Shown one piece after another: positions 17,957 through 28,125 of a stretch of 64,000 nucleotides of DNA. Location: the NCBI GenBank assembly GCA_963675295.2, contig CAXXKJ010000002.1, forward strand, positions 2,624,001 through 2,688,000, in the 5' to 3' direction. The translations under genes and the position numbers were made by a program. Each line of letters opens with the position of its first letter. Positions within the stretch are counted from its first letter, which is position 1. Below the pieces are notes generated by a model that saw only the letters and a list, made by a program, of their open reading frames with translations, did not search any database and had not been told where the DNA came from. Source of the stretch: a bacterium. Its GTDB lineage: Bacteria; Electryoneota; Electryoneia; Electryoneales; Electryoneaceae.

Positions 17957-18432
17957 TGGCCCCTCGCGGGTGAACTCAGGTACACTTTGCCAGCTTCGAT
18001 GTCGATGATCACGGTGCGGCTGATCTCGCCTCCGATGTGTTCAGCGATTGGACCCAGACGATACTTCCAGAGGATTTTCTTGGTCGCTAATATGTTACGT
18101 TTTCCAATGTTGAAGGTGGCATTCGGATCCATAATCGACGCGCCTCCGGCGAGCCGGATGGTGAGCCGGCCTTTCCCGTCCCAGCCAGCGCGCCGCATTC
18201 CTCTTAACAGCGCAGGAATGCCGGTATCCGCGAATGTACCAGGTTTCGCTTCGGCTCGTTTCTGATTGATGCTTGATTCTGGGAGTGCAATATGGAGCAA
18301 TCCCCATGCGCCACTCACCTTGTCGTGTGCAATGACACCAACACACGATCCGAGAGCCATCGTTTTAATCTGCTGTTGCGGATTTCGGGAGACACCGAAC
18401 TCGCCGATTCCGACGTAAATCGTGTCCTTCAT
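17944..18432 (-). CDS. cheD: Chemoreceptor glutamine deamidase CheD
   Basis: VGIGE, TMALGSCVG, LLHIALP, FADTG, GGA and NIGKRN. Confidence 0.93.
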   Translation of the reverse strand: MKDTIYVGIGEFGVSRNPQQQIKTMALGSCVGVIAHDKVSGAWGLLHIALPESSINQKRAEAKPGTFADTGIPALLRGMRRAGWDGKGRLTIRLAGGASIMDPNATFNIGKRNILATKKILWKYRLGPIAEHIGGEISRTVIIDIEAGKVYLSSPARGQWEL

Positions 18433-19505
18433 CGGCGTTCTTCGGTTGAATGAACCGGTTTACGCAGGGCGTTCAGAATTGCCCCCGCTACATCTTGAAT
18501 CCCAACCTGCAACTCGACCCCGCCCAGCTGATAGGCTTCACGCGGCATGCCGTACACAACGGACGTTTCCTTGTCCTGGCCGATAGTCCTGGCACCACGT
18601 TTCCTCATCGCCAGCATGCCCTTGTCTCCATCGCGACCCATCCCGGTCAGAATGGCACCGACGGCGTTCGGACCCACGTGTTCCGCAACGGATTGAAACA
18701 ACACTTCGACAGAAGGCCGGTGGCCACTGACTTTTTCCTCGTGGCTCAGCTTGACCTTGTAGATACCGCCGGAGCGAACGACGCGCATGTGGTAATCACC
18801 GGGCGCGATTAATACTCGTCCGGACAGGACGCGGTCATCATCCCGTGCCTCCTGCACAGTCATTTCCGATTGCGAGTTCAGTCGTTCCGCGAACATGGCG
18901 GTGAACCCTGGCGGCATATGCTGCACGATGACGACGCCGGGCGTGTTTGCCGGCAGAGCGGTGATCACGGTTCGCAAGGCTTCCGTGCCACCGGTGGATG
19001 CGCCAATCGCAATCACCTTATCTGTGGATTCGGCAAGGGCGGTTGTTCGTGGACGTGGGGCCGGAGCCTTTTTCAGGCCTGCCAGACGTTTCCAGTGACT
19101 GACATCGACCTGCGCGGCGCCCTTGACCTTTTCGCGGAGGTCATCGAGCATGTCCTCCATGCCGCGGGCAACATCCGCTTTCGGTTTGGCAACAATGTCC
19201 ACCGCGCCGGCTTCCATCGCTTCGAGCGTTATCTGTTTGCCACGTTCGGTTAACGAACTGACCATAACCGTCGGTATCGGATACTGCGGCATGAGGCGGC
19301 GGAGGAATTCGACGCCGTCCATCCGCGGCATTTCGACATCGAGCGTGAGCACATTGGGCTTCAGCTGGATAATCTTGTCACGTGCCTGGTACGGATCACC
19401 AGCCGCACCCAGCACCTCGATATCATCATCCTTGGCCAGCCCTCGAGTGAGGATCTGACGGATCAACGCGGAGTCGTCAATGACCAATACGCGTGCTTTC
19501 TTCAC
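18429..19505 (-). CDS. cheB: Chemotaxis methylesterase CheB (receiver + esterase)
   Basis: LDVEMP receiver; GASTGG, QHMP, HRPSV and LTGMGRDG. Confidence 0.96.
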   Translation of the reverse strand: MKKARVLVIDDSALIRQILTRGLAKDDDIEVLGAAGDPYQARDKIIQLKPNVLTLDVEMPRMDGVEFLRRLMPQYPIPTVMVSSLTERGKQITLEAMEAGAVDIVAKPKADVARGMEDMLDDLREKVKGAAQVDVSHWKRLAGLKKAPAPRPRTTALAESTDKVIAIGASTGGTEALRTVITALPANTPGVVIVQHMPPGFTAMFAERLNSQSEMTVQEARDDDRVLSGRVLIAPGDYHMRVVRSGGIYKVKLSHEEKVSGHRPSVEVLFQSVAEHVGPNAVGAILTGMGRDGDKGMLAMRKRGARTIGQDKETSVVYGMPREAYQLGGVELQVGIQDVAGAILNALRKPVHSTEERR

Positions 19506-20350
19506 CTCGCCTCCGTGCGCCGGTACAATGCCGGGATTACATAGTCGAACAGAGCGTGATTCCGACCCAGGGTTTCCGAGTGACCGATGAACAGCAAGCC
19601 GCCCGGATCGAGGAATTTGCCAAATTTCTTCAGCAGTTCATCGCGCGTCGGCTGGTCGAAATAGATCATCACGTTGCGGCAGAAGATCGCCTGGAAGGTG
19701 CTTTTGAACGGGAAACTGGGACGCATCAGGTTCAGCCGCCGATGCAACAGCATCTTTTTCAGGCTGGGATCGATCTGGTATTCCCCGTTAGGCTGCTTCT
19801 TGAAATACTTGTTCTTCAACGCTGGGGGCATGTGGCTGATGTTTTCCTGCCGGTAGATTCCAGCTTCAGCCTTGGCCAACGCGACGGTGGAAATGTCCGT
19901 CGCCAGCAGGCCGACGTCCCACGCAGCGGCTTCCCGTCCCAACGCTTCCTTGATCAGGATCGCCAGCATGTACGACTCTTCGCCAGAGGAACAGCCGGCA
20001 ATCCAGATCCGGATCTTCTTCTGGTTGCGTGCCCGTTGCTGCTGTATCAGTTTCGGCAGGAATTCGTCCCGGAAGAACACGAAATGGTCGGGTTCACGCC
20101 AGAAATAGGTGTGGTTTGTCGAGATCCGGTCGACCAGCTGACTCAACGACTTGCCGGTATCATCCTTTTCAACGGCCTGGATATAGTCCTGGAAGCTGGC
20201 AAAGCCACCTTCACGAAGGACCTTGTTCAACCGTCCGGTGACGAGAGCCCGTTTCTGCTCCGTCAGATTGATCCCGAACCGGCTGTAAACGAGTTCACGA
20301 ATCTGCTTGAACTCTTTATCGTTGATTGTCGCTGTACCGACCATGTGCAA
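19502..20350 (-). CDS. cheR: Chemotaxis methyltransferase CheR
   Basis: TNHTYFWRE, IWIAGCSSGEESY, ATDIS, IFCRNVMIYFD and GHSETL. Confidence 0.95.
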   Translation of the reverse strand: MHMVGTATINDKEFKQIRELVYSRFGINLTEQKRALVTGRLNKVLREGGFASFQDYIQAVEKDDTGKSLSQLVDRISTNHTYFWREPDHFVFFRDEFLPKLIQQQRARNQKKIRIWIAGCSSGEESYMLAILIKEALGREAAAWDVGLLATDISTVALAKAEAGIYRQENISHMPPALKNKYFKKQPNGEYQIDPSLKKMLLHRRLNLMRPSFPFKSTFQAIFCRNVMIYFDQPTRDELLKKFGKFLDPGGLLFIGHSETLGRNHALFDYVIPALYRRTEAR

Positions 20351-20378
20351 CCCGGAAAAACGTTAGTATCAGGCCACC

Positions 20379-22793
20379 TCAAACGCGGGCAGTTTCCATT
20401 TCCTTGTGGCTTTCTTTTCGGTTCACCTGCTTCATGATCCCGCCGATGTCAAGGATCAGGCAGATGCCGCCATCGCCAAGGATCGTGCAGCCGGAAACGC
20501 ACGGTTGATCGGTGATGTAGTCGCTCAAGCCCTTGATCACGATCTGATGCTGTCCGAGCAATTCATCCACGAACAAGCCGAACTGCTGTCCGTCCACCTC
20601 CAGGATGGTCACAATGCCTTTAGTCAGGTCCGGTGAATCCGCCTCGACGCTGAACTGATCGTGCAAGCGGATGACCGGAATCAGATCGTCGCGAACACGG
20701 ATAATCTCCCGTCCTTCCATCGGACGGGTGATCATGTCCTCGGTTACCTGCAACGATTCGCTGATCGTGGTGATCGGGATGACGTATTTTTCCTTGCCGA
20801 CACGTAACAGCATGCCGTCAATGATCGCCAGCGTCAGCGGGATCCGCAGGACGACTTCCGACCCCTGCCCCGCTTCAGATTTGACATCCACTTTACCCCG
20901 GATAGATTCCAGGTTCCGGCGGACAACATCCATTCCGACGCCACGGCCGGAAACGTCCGTCACCTTTTCCGCCGTCGAGAAACCCGGTTGGAAAATCAGC
21001 TGCCAGACTTCGTCGTCCGGCATCGCTTCAGCTTCTTCCGGATTGACGATGCCGCGTTCCAGCGCCTTGTTCAGGATGCGATCCCGGTCAAGGCCTTTGC
21101 CATCATCCTTGATCGAAATCCAAACCTCGCCGCCGACGTAGTACGCGCGGATGGCAACGTGACCCGTGGCTGACTTACCCGCATCTTCACGGTCTTTCGG
21201 TGACTCGATGCCATGGTCGATGGAGTTGCGCAGGATGTGAACCAGCGGATCGGTGATGTTCTCGATCACCGTCTTGTCGACCTCGGTTTCCTCACCTTCG
21301 ATCGTTAGCTCAACCTTTTTCTTGGACTTCTGCGCGACGTCCCGTACCAGGCGGAACATGCGTCGGAAGGTTCCGGAAAGCGGGATCATCCGGATGGAGG
21401 TGGAAATGTCCTGCAGGTCGCGAGTAATCTTGTTCAACTGCATCACCGCGCGTTCAAACCGGTCGAGCGGAATGTCGACATCCTGTAGATCCGGGTTTTG
21501 CGCGACCATCGCTTCCGCGATCACCAGCTCCCCGACCAGGTCAAGCAGCCGGTCGACCTTTTCCACATCAACACGCACCGACTGACGTTGCGCCGCCGGT
21601 TGCTGGGCTGCGGGAGGCGCTGCCGGTTTTGCAGCCCCGTTGGCGGCTGCCGGCTTGGGAGCCGGTTTAGCAGCAGGCTTTGCAACGGGAGTGGCCGGAG
21701 CGGCAGCCTTCGGTTTCTCCGTTTCAGCCGCTGGCTCAGCTTTCGGTTCGGGCGCGGGCTGTTTCGCTTCCGGTGCGGCGGCGGCAGTCTTTGGCTTCGC
21801 CTTTTCCTTCCGCTGCGCCTGCATGACTTCCTTGCCGACCGTGTCCTCGAGCAGATGCAACAGGCCCGGCGCGGCCGGAATGCTGCCATTGCCAGTATCC
21901 GGCACGGTTTTCAAGGTATTCCGCAAGAAGTCGATGATCTCCAGCAACAGGCTGACAGTCGCCGGGTTATAGTCAACTTTCTTGTTGCGGTACAGATCAA
22001 GAACAGTCTCCGCGCCGTTTGCCAGCGCCATCATGTCCTTGAAGTCAACAAACCCGCAGTTGCCTTTGAAACTGTGCAGCGCGCGGAAGGCTTCCTGCAG
22101 TGCGCTCTCTTCGTCCGTGTTTTTTTCGAAACGAATCAGGCATTCTTCAGCGGTTTGCAGCTGTTCTTCGGACTCCGTCGCAAACTGACTCAGGATTTCA
22201 GGAGTAATCGGAATCGAGTTAACCTCAGGAGGTTCTTCAACGACCTCCTCATCCGCCGATTCCGCTTCGGGCTCCTCAGTCGAGTCAGCTGTCTCTTCAG
22301 CAACGACCTCGAACATGTCCTCCGCTCGCACTACCGGGCCGTCGTCCTCTTCATCATCGCCACCCTTCAACGCGGCGATTTCCTTCCGGAGTTCGGCGGC
22401 TACCTGATCGGCTTCGTCTTCGTGACCTTCTTCGTGATACACGCTGTCGATCTGATCGAGTAGCTTGCGCAGGAAATCGCTTGCGCGATTGATGAGGTCG
22501 ATATGGGCGGGTGTAAGCTTGCCCTGCCCCTTACGGAACAGGTCGAGCAGTGTCTCCGCTTCGTGCGTCACTCTGCTGATCAACGTCAGGTCGAGGAAGC
22601 CGGCACCACCCTTCAACGAGTGAAACAAACGGAAAATGGTGTTGATGGTTTCCGGATCAATGTCGCCGGATTCATCTTCCGCCGCCTGGCTTTCCAGTTC
22701 GATAATCAACGGTTCCGCGTCGTCGATCAGTTCACGGCCTTCTTCGACGAAGCTCTGCAACAATTCCCGTTGCTCTTGTTCTTCGGGAGTCAT
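20379..22793 (-). CDS. cheA: Chemotaxis histidine kinase CheA with two HPt domains
   Basis: FHSLKG and LHSFKG HPt motifs, SVRVDVEKVD, HILRNSIDHG, DDGKG, PGFST..SGRGVGMD and a C-terminal CheW-like domain. Confidence 0.96.
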   Translation of the reverse strand: MTPEEQEQRELLQSFVEEGRELIDDAEPLIIELESQAAEDESGDIDPETINTIFRLFHSLKGGAGFLDLTLISRVTHEAETLLDLFRKGQGKLTPAHIDLINRASDFLRKLLDQIDSVYHEEGHEDEADQVAAELRKEIAALKGGDDEEDDGPVVRAEDMFEVVAEETADSTEEPEAESADEEVVEEPPEVNSIPITPEILSQFATESEEQLQTAEECLIRFEKNTDEESALQEAFRALHSFKGNCGFVDFKDMMALANGAETVLDLYRNKKVDYNPATVSLLLEIIDFLRNTLKTVPDTGNGSIPAAPGLLHLLEDTVGKEVMQAQRKEKAKPKTAAAAPEAKQPAPEPKAEPAAETEKPKAAAPATPVAKPAAKPAPKPAAANGAAKPAAPPAAQQPAAQRQSVRVDVEKVDRLLDLVGELVIAEAMVAQNPDLQDVDIPLDRFERAVMQLNKITRDLQDISTSIRMIPLSGTFRRMFRLVRDVAQKSKKKVELTIEGEETEVDKTVIENITDPLVHILRNSIDHGIESPKDREDAGKSATGHVAIRAYYVGGEVWISIKDDGKGLDRDRILNKALERGIVNPEEAEAMPDDEVWQLIFQPGFSTAEKVTDVSGRGVGMDVVRRNLESIRGKVDVKSEAGQGSEVVLRIPLTLAIIDGMLLRVGKEKYVIPITTISESLQVTEDMITRPMEGREIIRVRDDLIPVIRLHDQFSVEADSPDLTKGIVTILEVDGQQFGLFVDELLGQHQIVIKGLSDYITDQPCVSGCTILGDGGICLILDIGGIMKQVNRKESHKEMETARV

Positions 22794-23019
22794 GTCCCCA
22801 CCCCATAGTTACCGCTTAATCTTACGATAGTGTAAATTGTGTTCCCGAATTGGCTAATGCAAGTCTCATCGGGGCTTCCGGAGTCAAAATTCTAAAAGCG
22901 AGAGCACTCTAATGAGAGTATTCGACAATCTGCTGAAAAATGGGATTTACGGTGGGGACTTGTGGTCGGAGAGAACGGCCATTGGCCGGTACTGCTGTCA
23001 GCGAAAAGCTTTCAGCAGA

Positions 23020-23478
23020 TTACCGGCCCTCTTCTTCGCGAGCTTTCTTGGCAGCGATACTCAGCGTTGCATGCGGTACCGCTTCGAGTCGAGCGTATTC
23101 AATGGGGAGACCGGTGTCCATGCAATAGCCATACGTACCGGCCTTCATGCGGTCGAGTGCGGCCAGCAGACTGCGCAGGAATTTGTGTTCGCGCTGGGCA
23201 AACAGCAGGGCCTTTTCACGTTCCTGAGCGTCCGTACCCTGGTCAGCCATGTGGAGGCTGTAGGTGGAACTGTCGCCAGAGTATTCATCCAACGGTTTCA
23301 ACGAGCTCTCTTCGAGGTAGCCGAGCTCCTTCTTCACGGCTTCAACCTTCTGCAGGATGATTCCGCGGAAGTAGTCCTGATCCTCCGGCCGGTAACGGCG
23401 GACGCCGTCATCGTAATCAACCTTCGGGCTCCAACCGCTTTCCGACTTGCCAGCGCTTTTCTTCTCTTTTTCACTCAT
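23020..23478 (-). CDS. dksA: DksA/TraR family protein with degenerate zinc finger
   Basis: HMADQGTD coiled-coil tip and GTYGYCMDTGLPIEYARLEAVPHATLSI; follows ileS. Confidence 0.82.
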   Translation of the reverse strand: MSEKEKKSAGKSESGWSPKVDYDDGVRRYRPEDQDYFRGIILQKVEAVKKELGYLEESSLKPLDEYSGDSSTYSLHMADQGTDAQEREKALLFAQREHKFLRSLLAALDRMKAGTYGYCMDTGLPIEYARLEAVPHATLSIAAKKAREEEGR

Positions 23479-23495
23479 CCAACTGACTCCATCAC

Positions 23496-26400
23496 TTAAC
23501 CGGCAGCCGGTTCAACGACCAGCCGCACAGCCTTGTCGTTCACATCCAGCGTGTCCGAAGAATCTTCAAGCTCTTGAACATCAACGCGAATTGCAAGTAC
23601 TTCCCGCTCAATGAGGGCTCGATGTTGCTCGACTGCCTCCCTCAGCTCCCCATCAGCGAACACTTGCAGGTTGATTCGCTGTGTCACCTCAAACTGAAGG
23701 TCTTTCCGCTTGTTCTGAATCCGGTTGATCAGCTCGCGAACGTAGCCTTCCGCCTTCAGCTCTTCGTTCAGGCGTGTGTCAAGCGCGAGCAGAACATTCC
23801 CGTCTTCGTTGACTTCCAGGTAGTCCGGCGCTTCCTGGCTCAGCATCACATCATCTGGACCGAAGTCTTCACCATCCAGGGTGACCGTCTCGCCAGCAGC
23901 CCAGGCCGCGGTCGTGGACGGGTCCGAGTTGATGATCTTCGGCGCCCAGACCTTGACGTCCTTTCCGAAGCGCGGACCGAGGGTAACGAAGTTCGGTTTC
24001 GCCCGGAAGGTGACAAGATCGCTGGCGGAATCGGCAAACTCCAACTCCCGGATGTTCAATTCATCGAGCACCAGTTCCCGCAGGTCGGAGAGCATCTCGC
24101 GCTGTGTTTCCTCAGCGACGAGAATCAACTTTGCCAGCGGCTGCCGCACCTTGAGCCGTGCCGCTTCACGCGCGGAACGTCCAGCGGTGACCACCGCGCG
24201 GGCGTAATCCATGTTTGCCTTGATCGTGTCATCCCGCAACGATTCATCAGCTTTCGGCCAGGTATCGAGGTGAATCGAATCGTGCGCATCCTTACTATGG
24301 CCACGCACCAGGTTCTGGTACATGATCTCGCTGATGAACGGTGCGAACGGCGCGAGTACCCGGATGAAACCGGTCAGAACGTCGTACAGCGTGCGATACG
24401 CGCGGTGCTTGTCGCCCAACTGGTCGGATTTCCAGAAACGGCGTCGGCTGCGGCGAATGTACCAGTTCGTCAGCCGGTCAACGAAGTCGGTGATCGCCGC
24501 GGCTGCGGGCATCACGTCGTAGCCTTCCAGCTTTTCAGTAACTTCGGTGACGAGGTCGTTGTAGGCTGTCAGGATCCAACGGTCGATCGGGGTCCGGTCG
24601 GACATCTCGTAGTCCGCGTTTGGATCCCAGCCGTCCACGTTGGCGTAGGTTACAAAGAAGCTGTACGCATTCCACAACGGGATGAGCACCTGCTTCAGGC
24701 TATCCTTGAGCGCTTCTTCACCGAACCGGACGGGCAACCACGGGTTGTTGCGGAAGAACGACCAGCGCACCGCGTCCGCGCCATATTGTTCCATGATCGG
24801 AATCGGCGGGACGACATTCCCCTTTGACTTCGACATCTTCTGCCCTTCCTCGTCGAGTACGAGGTTGGTGCAGATCACGTTCTTATATGACGACCAGCGG
24901 TCCTTGTCGTCATCGTCTCGTGCAATCGCGAGCAAGGTGCTCGCCGCGAGCAGGCTGTAGAACCAGCCTCGGGTCTGGTCGAGACCCTCGCAGATGAAAT
25001 CCGCCGGGTACTGGTGGTTGAAGTAGTCGACCGATCCCTCGGCCGCCGGGTAACCGATCTGGCCCCACGGCATGATGCCGGCGTTGAACCAGCTGTCGAG
25101 CACGAAGTTTTCGCGATGCAGCTCGACTCCAGACTCGGTCCGCAGTATGACATCATCAATGCGCGGTTTGTGGATGTCGGCGTCTGCCGCGAATGGCTCA
25201 TCTCCCTGCCGCTTGAGGTGCTCGTTCAGCTCTTCGATGGACTTCACGACGACGACGTGTCCGTTGTCTTCGCTGGTCCACACCGGCAGCGGCGAACCCC
25301 AGAATCGTTCACGGGTGATGTTCCAATCGATCACATTTTCCAACCACTTGCCGAAGCGGCCTTCACGTATGTGATCGGGAATCCAGTTGATCCGTTCGTT
25401 GGCGGCGAGCATTTCGTCCCGCATCGCCGTTGCGCGGATAAACCAGCCAGGCCGCGGAAAATACACCAGCGGCGTGCCGGTCTTGTAATTGAATGGGTAG
25501 GTGTGTTCGTGCTTTTCCTTGGCGAACAGCATCCCACGGGCAGCGAGGCTCTTGAGGATTTCGATCTCGAGATCGTCGTCCTTGAACCAGCGTCCCAGCC
25601 ACTCCGGTTCACCCTCAACGACTTCACCGGCTTCGTTGACACGGAGCGTGAAGTCGAGCTTGTGCTGCTTGATCAAGCGGTAGTCGTCCTCACCGTACGG
25701 TGCGAGGTGAACCAGCCCGGTACCGTCGTCGGCGGTGACGTAGTCGTCCGCGATCACGAAATGCCCGTTCTGGTCGCCGGACAAAGCCTGGAACTCCCAC
25801 AGCGGCTGGTACTTCGTTCCGGCGAGCTCGGTACCGCTGAAGGTCGCTTCGATCTCGAAGTTGTCCGCACCACCGAGAAAGTTGCTCAGGGCCTCGAGGC
25901 GTGACTTGGCGAGGATCAGGCGTTCACCGGCTTTGTTGAGGCCGTTGTTCGCGTCCTCTTTGATTCGGATGCGGACGTAGGTCAGGGACGGCCCGGCGGC
26001 GACGGCGATGTTGCTCAGCAGCGTCCACGCGGTCGTTGTCCAAACGACCAGCTTGGTGTTCTCCTGCCCGATTACCGGCATCTTGGCAAACAGGGACAGC
26101 TCAGTGACTTCCTTGTATCCCTGGGCGACCTCGAAGTTCGACAAGGTCGTGCCCTGGGTCGGGCACCACGCACTGACACGATAGTCCTTGTACAGGAACC
26201 GGTCGTTCCCGGCGAGGTTGGTGCGGTCGGCGAACTGCGGCTTGACCTTTGTGTTCCACGCCTGCTTCAGCACCCACCAGTCGCTCTGGATGTAATCGTT
26301 GGTGTAGGTCGCGTAAAACTCGTCCAGATCGAGGAAACGGCCAACACGGTGAATCGCTTCTTCCCACGTGCTCTTGAACCGGAAGACCGTTTCGCGGCAG

Positions 26401-26783
26401 TAATCGACGTACTTCTGCACGCCGTACGCTTCGATATCCCGCTTGGACGCCAGCCCGAGGTCACGGTCGGCGGTCAACTCGATCGGGAGGCCGTGTGTGT
26501 CCCACCCGGCCTTGCGTAGCACACGCCGGCCCTTCATCGTTTCGTAACGCGGCCACAAGTCCTTCAACGCGGACTGCATCAGGTGGCCGATGTGCGGCGG
26601 CCCGTTGGTTCCCGGAGGGCCATCGTAGAACACCCAGTCCTGCCCATCCTTGCGTTCGTCGATCGTGCGCTGGAAGATGTTCTCCTTCTTCCATTGATCG
26701 AGGATGGCATGGTCCTGTTTCGGAAAGTCCGGGGGATTGGGTACCGGCGCAAACATCGTGTGGCGGGCTTTATCGTCAGTCAT
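23496..26783 (-). CDS. ileS: Isoleucine--tRNA ligase (type 2)
   Basis: FYDGPPGTNGPPHIGH, GWDTHGLP, WTTTAWTL and KMSKSKGN, with a long C-terminal extension (RELINRIQ) typical of IleRS2. Start set at MTDD (26783). Confidence 0.96.
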   Translation of the reverse strand: MTDDKARHTMFAPVPNPPDFPKQDHAILDQWKKENIFQRTIDERKDGQDWVFYDGPPGTNGPPHIGHLMQSALKDLWPRYETMKGRRVLRKAGWDTHGLPIELTADRDLGLASKRDIEAYGVQKYVDYCRETVFRFKSTWEEAIHRVGRFLDLDEFYATYTNDYIQSDWWVLKQAWNTKVKPQFADRTNLAGNDRFLYKDYRVSAWCPTQGTTLSNFEVAQGYKEVTELSLFAKMPVIGQENTKLVVWTTTAWTLLSNIAVAAGPSLTYVRIRIKEDANNGLNKAGERLILAKSRLEALSNFLGGADNFEIEATFSGTELAGTKYQPLWEFQALSGDQNGHFVIADDYVTADDGTGLVHLAPYGEDDYRLIKQHKLDFTLRVNEAGEVVEGEPEWLGRWFKDDDLEIEILKSLAARGMLFAKEKHEHTYPFNYKTGTPLVYFPRPGWFIRATAMRDEMLAANERINWIPDHIREGRFGKWLENVIDWNITRERFWGSPLPVWTSEDNGHVVVVKSIEELNEHLKRQGDEPFAADADIHKPRIDDVILRTESGVELHRENFVLDSWFNAGIMPWGQIGYPAAEGSVDYFNHQYPADFICEGLDQTRGWFYSLLAASTLLAIARDDDDKDRWSSYKNVICTNLVLDEEGQKMSKSKGNVVPPIPIMEQYGADAVRWSFFRNNPWLPVRFGEEALKDSLKQVLIPLWNAYSFFVTYANVDGWDPNADYEMSDRTPIDRWILTAYNDLVTEVTEKLEGYDVMPAAAAITDFVDRLTNWYIRRSRRRFWKSDQLGDKHRAYRTLYDVLTGFIRVLAPFAPFISEIMYQNLVRGHSKDAHDSIHLDTWPKADESLRDDTIKANMDYARAVVTAGRSAREAARLKVRQPLAKLILVAEETQREMLSDLRELVLDELNIRELEFADSASDLVTFRAKPNFVTLGPRFGKDVKVWAPKIINSDPSTTAAWAAGETVTLDGEDFGPDDVMLSQEAPDYLEVNEDGNVLLALDTRLNEELKAEGYVRELINRIQNKRKDLQFEVTQRINLQVFADGELREAVEQHRALIEREVLAIRVDVQELEDSSDTLDVNDKAVRLVVEPAAG

Positions 26784-26790
26784 AAACTCT

Positions 26791-27342
26791 CTAGCGGGCA
26801 TTCCCGTGTTGTGGATCTCGGGGTGAGCGTTCTGTCTTCGCGTCACCGGAGGTGTCCCCGGGCGCGTGGTTATCGTCCAGAACCCGGTCGAGCGGGTCCT
26901 GTTCGAGGATTTCCAGCAAGTCCACCTGGTTCCTGAGGACGTGCTTCAAGGTCAGAATGAACGAACGCCGCTGGCCTTCCAGCCGGGCGATGTCGTCTTC
27001 AATCTGCTGCCGTTGGCGGCGGCTGTCCGTGATGATCTGCTCGGCTTCCAGCTGCGCACTCTGCACCAGCAGGTCTGCCTCGCGGCTTGAGCGATCCTCC
27101 GCCTCGCGGGCAGCCTTTGTCGCGCTCATCGCGGCGTCCTGCAAGCTGGTTTCCATCTGCTGGTAATCCTGCAGCCTGGTCTGCAACGTCGCCAGTTGTT
27201 TGTTCAGCGACTGATTTTCGTTGATCGCCTGCTCGTACGCATCTGCCACCGATTCGAGGAAGCTGCGGACCTCGTCCAGGTCGTAGCCACGCATCTGCCG
27301 GCTAAACTCCTGCTTGCGTACATCCAGCGGTGTCAGCTTCAT
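26791..27342 (-). CDS. divIVA: DivIVA domain protein
   Basis: MKLTPLDVRKQEFSRQMRGYDLDEVRSFL followed by a coiled coil. Confidence 0.88.
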   Translation of the reverse strand: MKLTPLDVRKQEFSRQMRGYDLDEVRSFLESVADAYEQAINENQSLNKQLATLQTRLQDYQQMETSLQDAAMSATKAAREAEDRSSREADLLVQSAQLEAEQIITDSRRQRQQIEDDIARLEGQRRSFILTLKHVLRNQVDLLEILEQDPLDRVLDDNHAPGDTSGDAKTERSPRDPQHGNAR

Positions 27343-27349
27343 GGCGGCC

Positions 27350-28066
27350 TCAGGTTTGCCTGGGTCCAAAGATGGCGGTTCCGATCCGCACCATCGTCGA
27401 CCCTTCCTCGATTGCGATATCGTAATCGTCCGTCATTCCCATCGACAACGTGTCCATGGAAACGTGCGGCAGATTCAAGTTGGTCAGCCTGTCGGCGGCG
27501 GTTCGTACCTCCACGAACGCACGGCGGATCTCGTCACGATCATCGGTCAATGGGCCAATCGCCATCAGACCGTTCACGTTGACATGGTCCAACTTGGATG
27601 CCGCGACGGCAAGGTCCTCGAGTTCACTCAGCTCTGCCCCGCCCTGCGTTTCCGCGCCGCTGACGTTCACCTGAAACAGGATGTTCGCAGTCGTGTCCAG
27701 TTCTTCTACGATACGGTCGGCACGGCTCAACAGTTTCAAACGGTCAATCGACTGGATCGAATCAAACAGCTCGAGAATCGGTTTGACCTTGTTGCTCTGC
27801 AGGGTGCCGATGAACGACCAGTGCAACTCGTTTGCCAGCTCGGGGAACTGCTGCCGAATCGCGTCGATCTTCTCCGGCGTTCCCTGAAAGCGGTTTTCGC
27901 CGAAGAATCGTTGGCCGGCAAGAATGGCTTCGGCAACTGCATCGATCGGCTGAAACTTGCTCACCGCGAGCAGGTTTATCTCATCCGGCGCACGTCCCGC
28001 CGCCTTCGCGGCGCGCGCGATGCGATCCTGTACCTCGGCCAGCCGTTCCGCGATACTCGCGGGCAT
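27350..28066 (-). CDS. yggS: YggS/PROSC pyridoxal-phosphate homeostasis protein
   Basis: LLAVSK, FGENR, FIGTLQSNK, LSMGMTDD and GSTMVRIGTAIFG. Start set at MPAS (28066). Confidence 0.95.
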   Translation of the reverse strand: MPASIAERLAEVQDRIARAAKAAGRAPDEINLLAVSKFQPIDAVAEAILAGQRFFGENRFQGTPEKIDAIRQQFPELANELHWSFIGTLQSNKVKPILELFDSIQSIDRLKLLSRADRIVEELDTTANILFQVNVSGAETQGGAELSELEDLAVAASKLDHVNVNGLMAIGPLTDDRDEIRRAFVEVRTAADRLTNLNLPHVSMDTLSMGMTDDYDIAIEEGSTMVRIGTAIFGPRQT

Positions 28067-28096
28067 CTCGAAATTCCCCCTGCAAAAACATGCGCA

Positions 28097-28125
28097 AATA
28101 TAGACGCGATCCTCAGTAGAGGCAA
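28097..28125 (-). promoter_or_regulatory. Putative sigma70 promoter of yggS-divIVA-ileS-dksA
   Basis: Minus strand TTGCCT-17 nt-TATATT. Confidence 0.55.

Noticed and set aside
22860-22900. sigma28 promoter for cheA (CCCGATGA as -10)
   Set aside because: The -10 match is only partial and there is no TAAA at the proper spacing.
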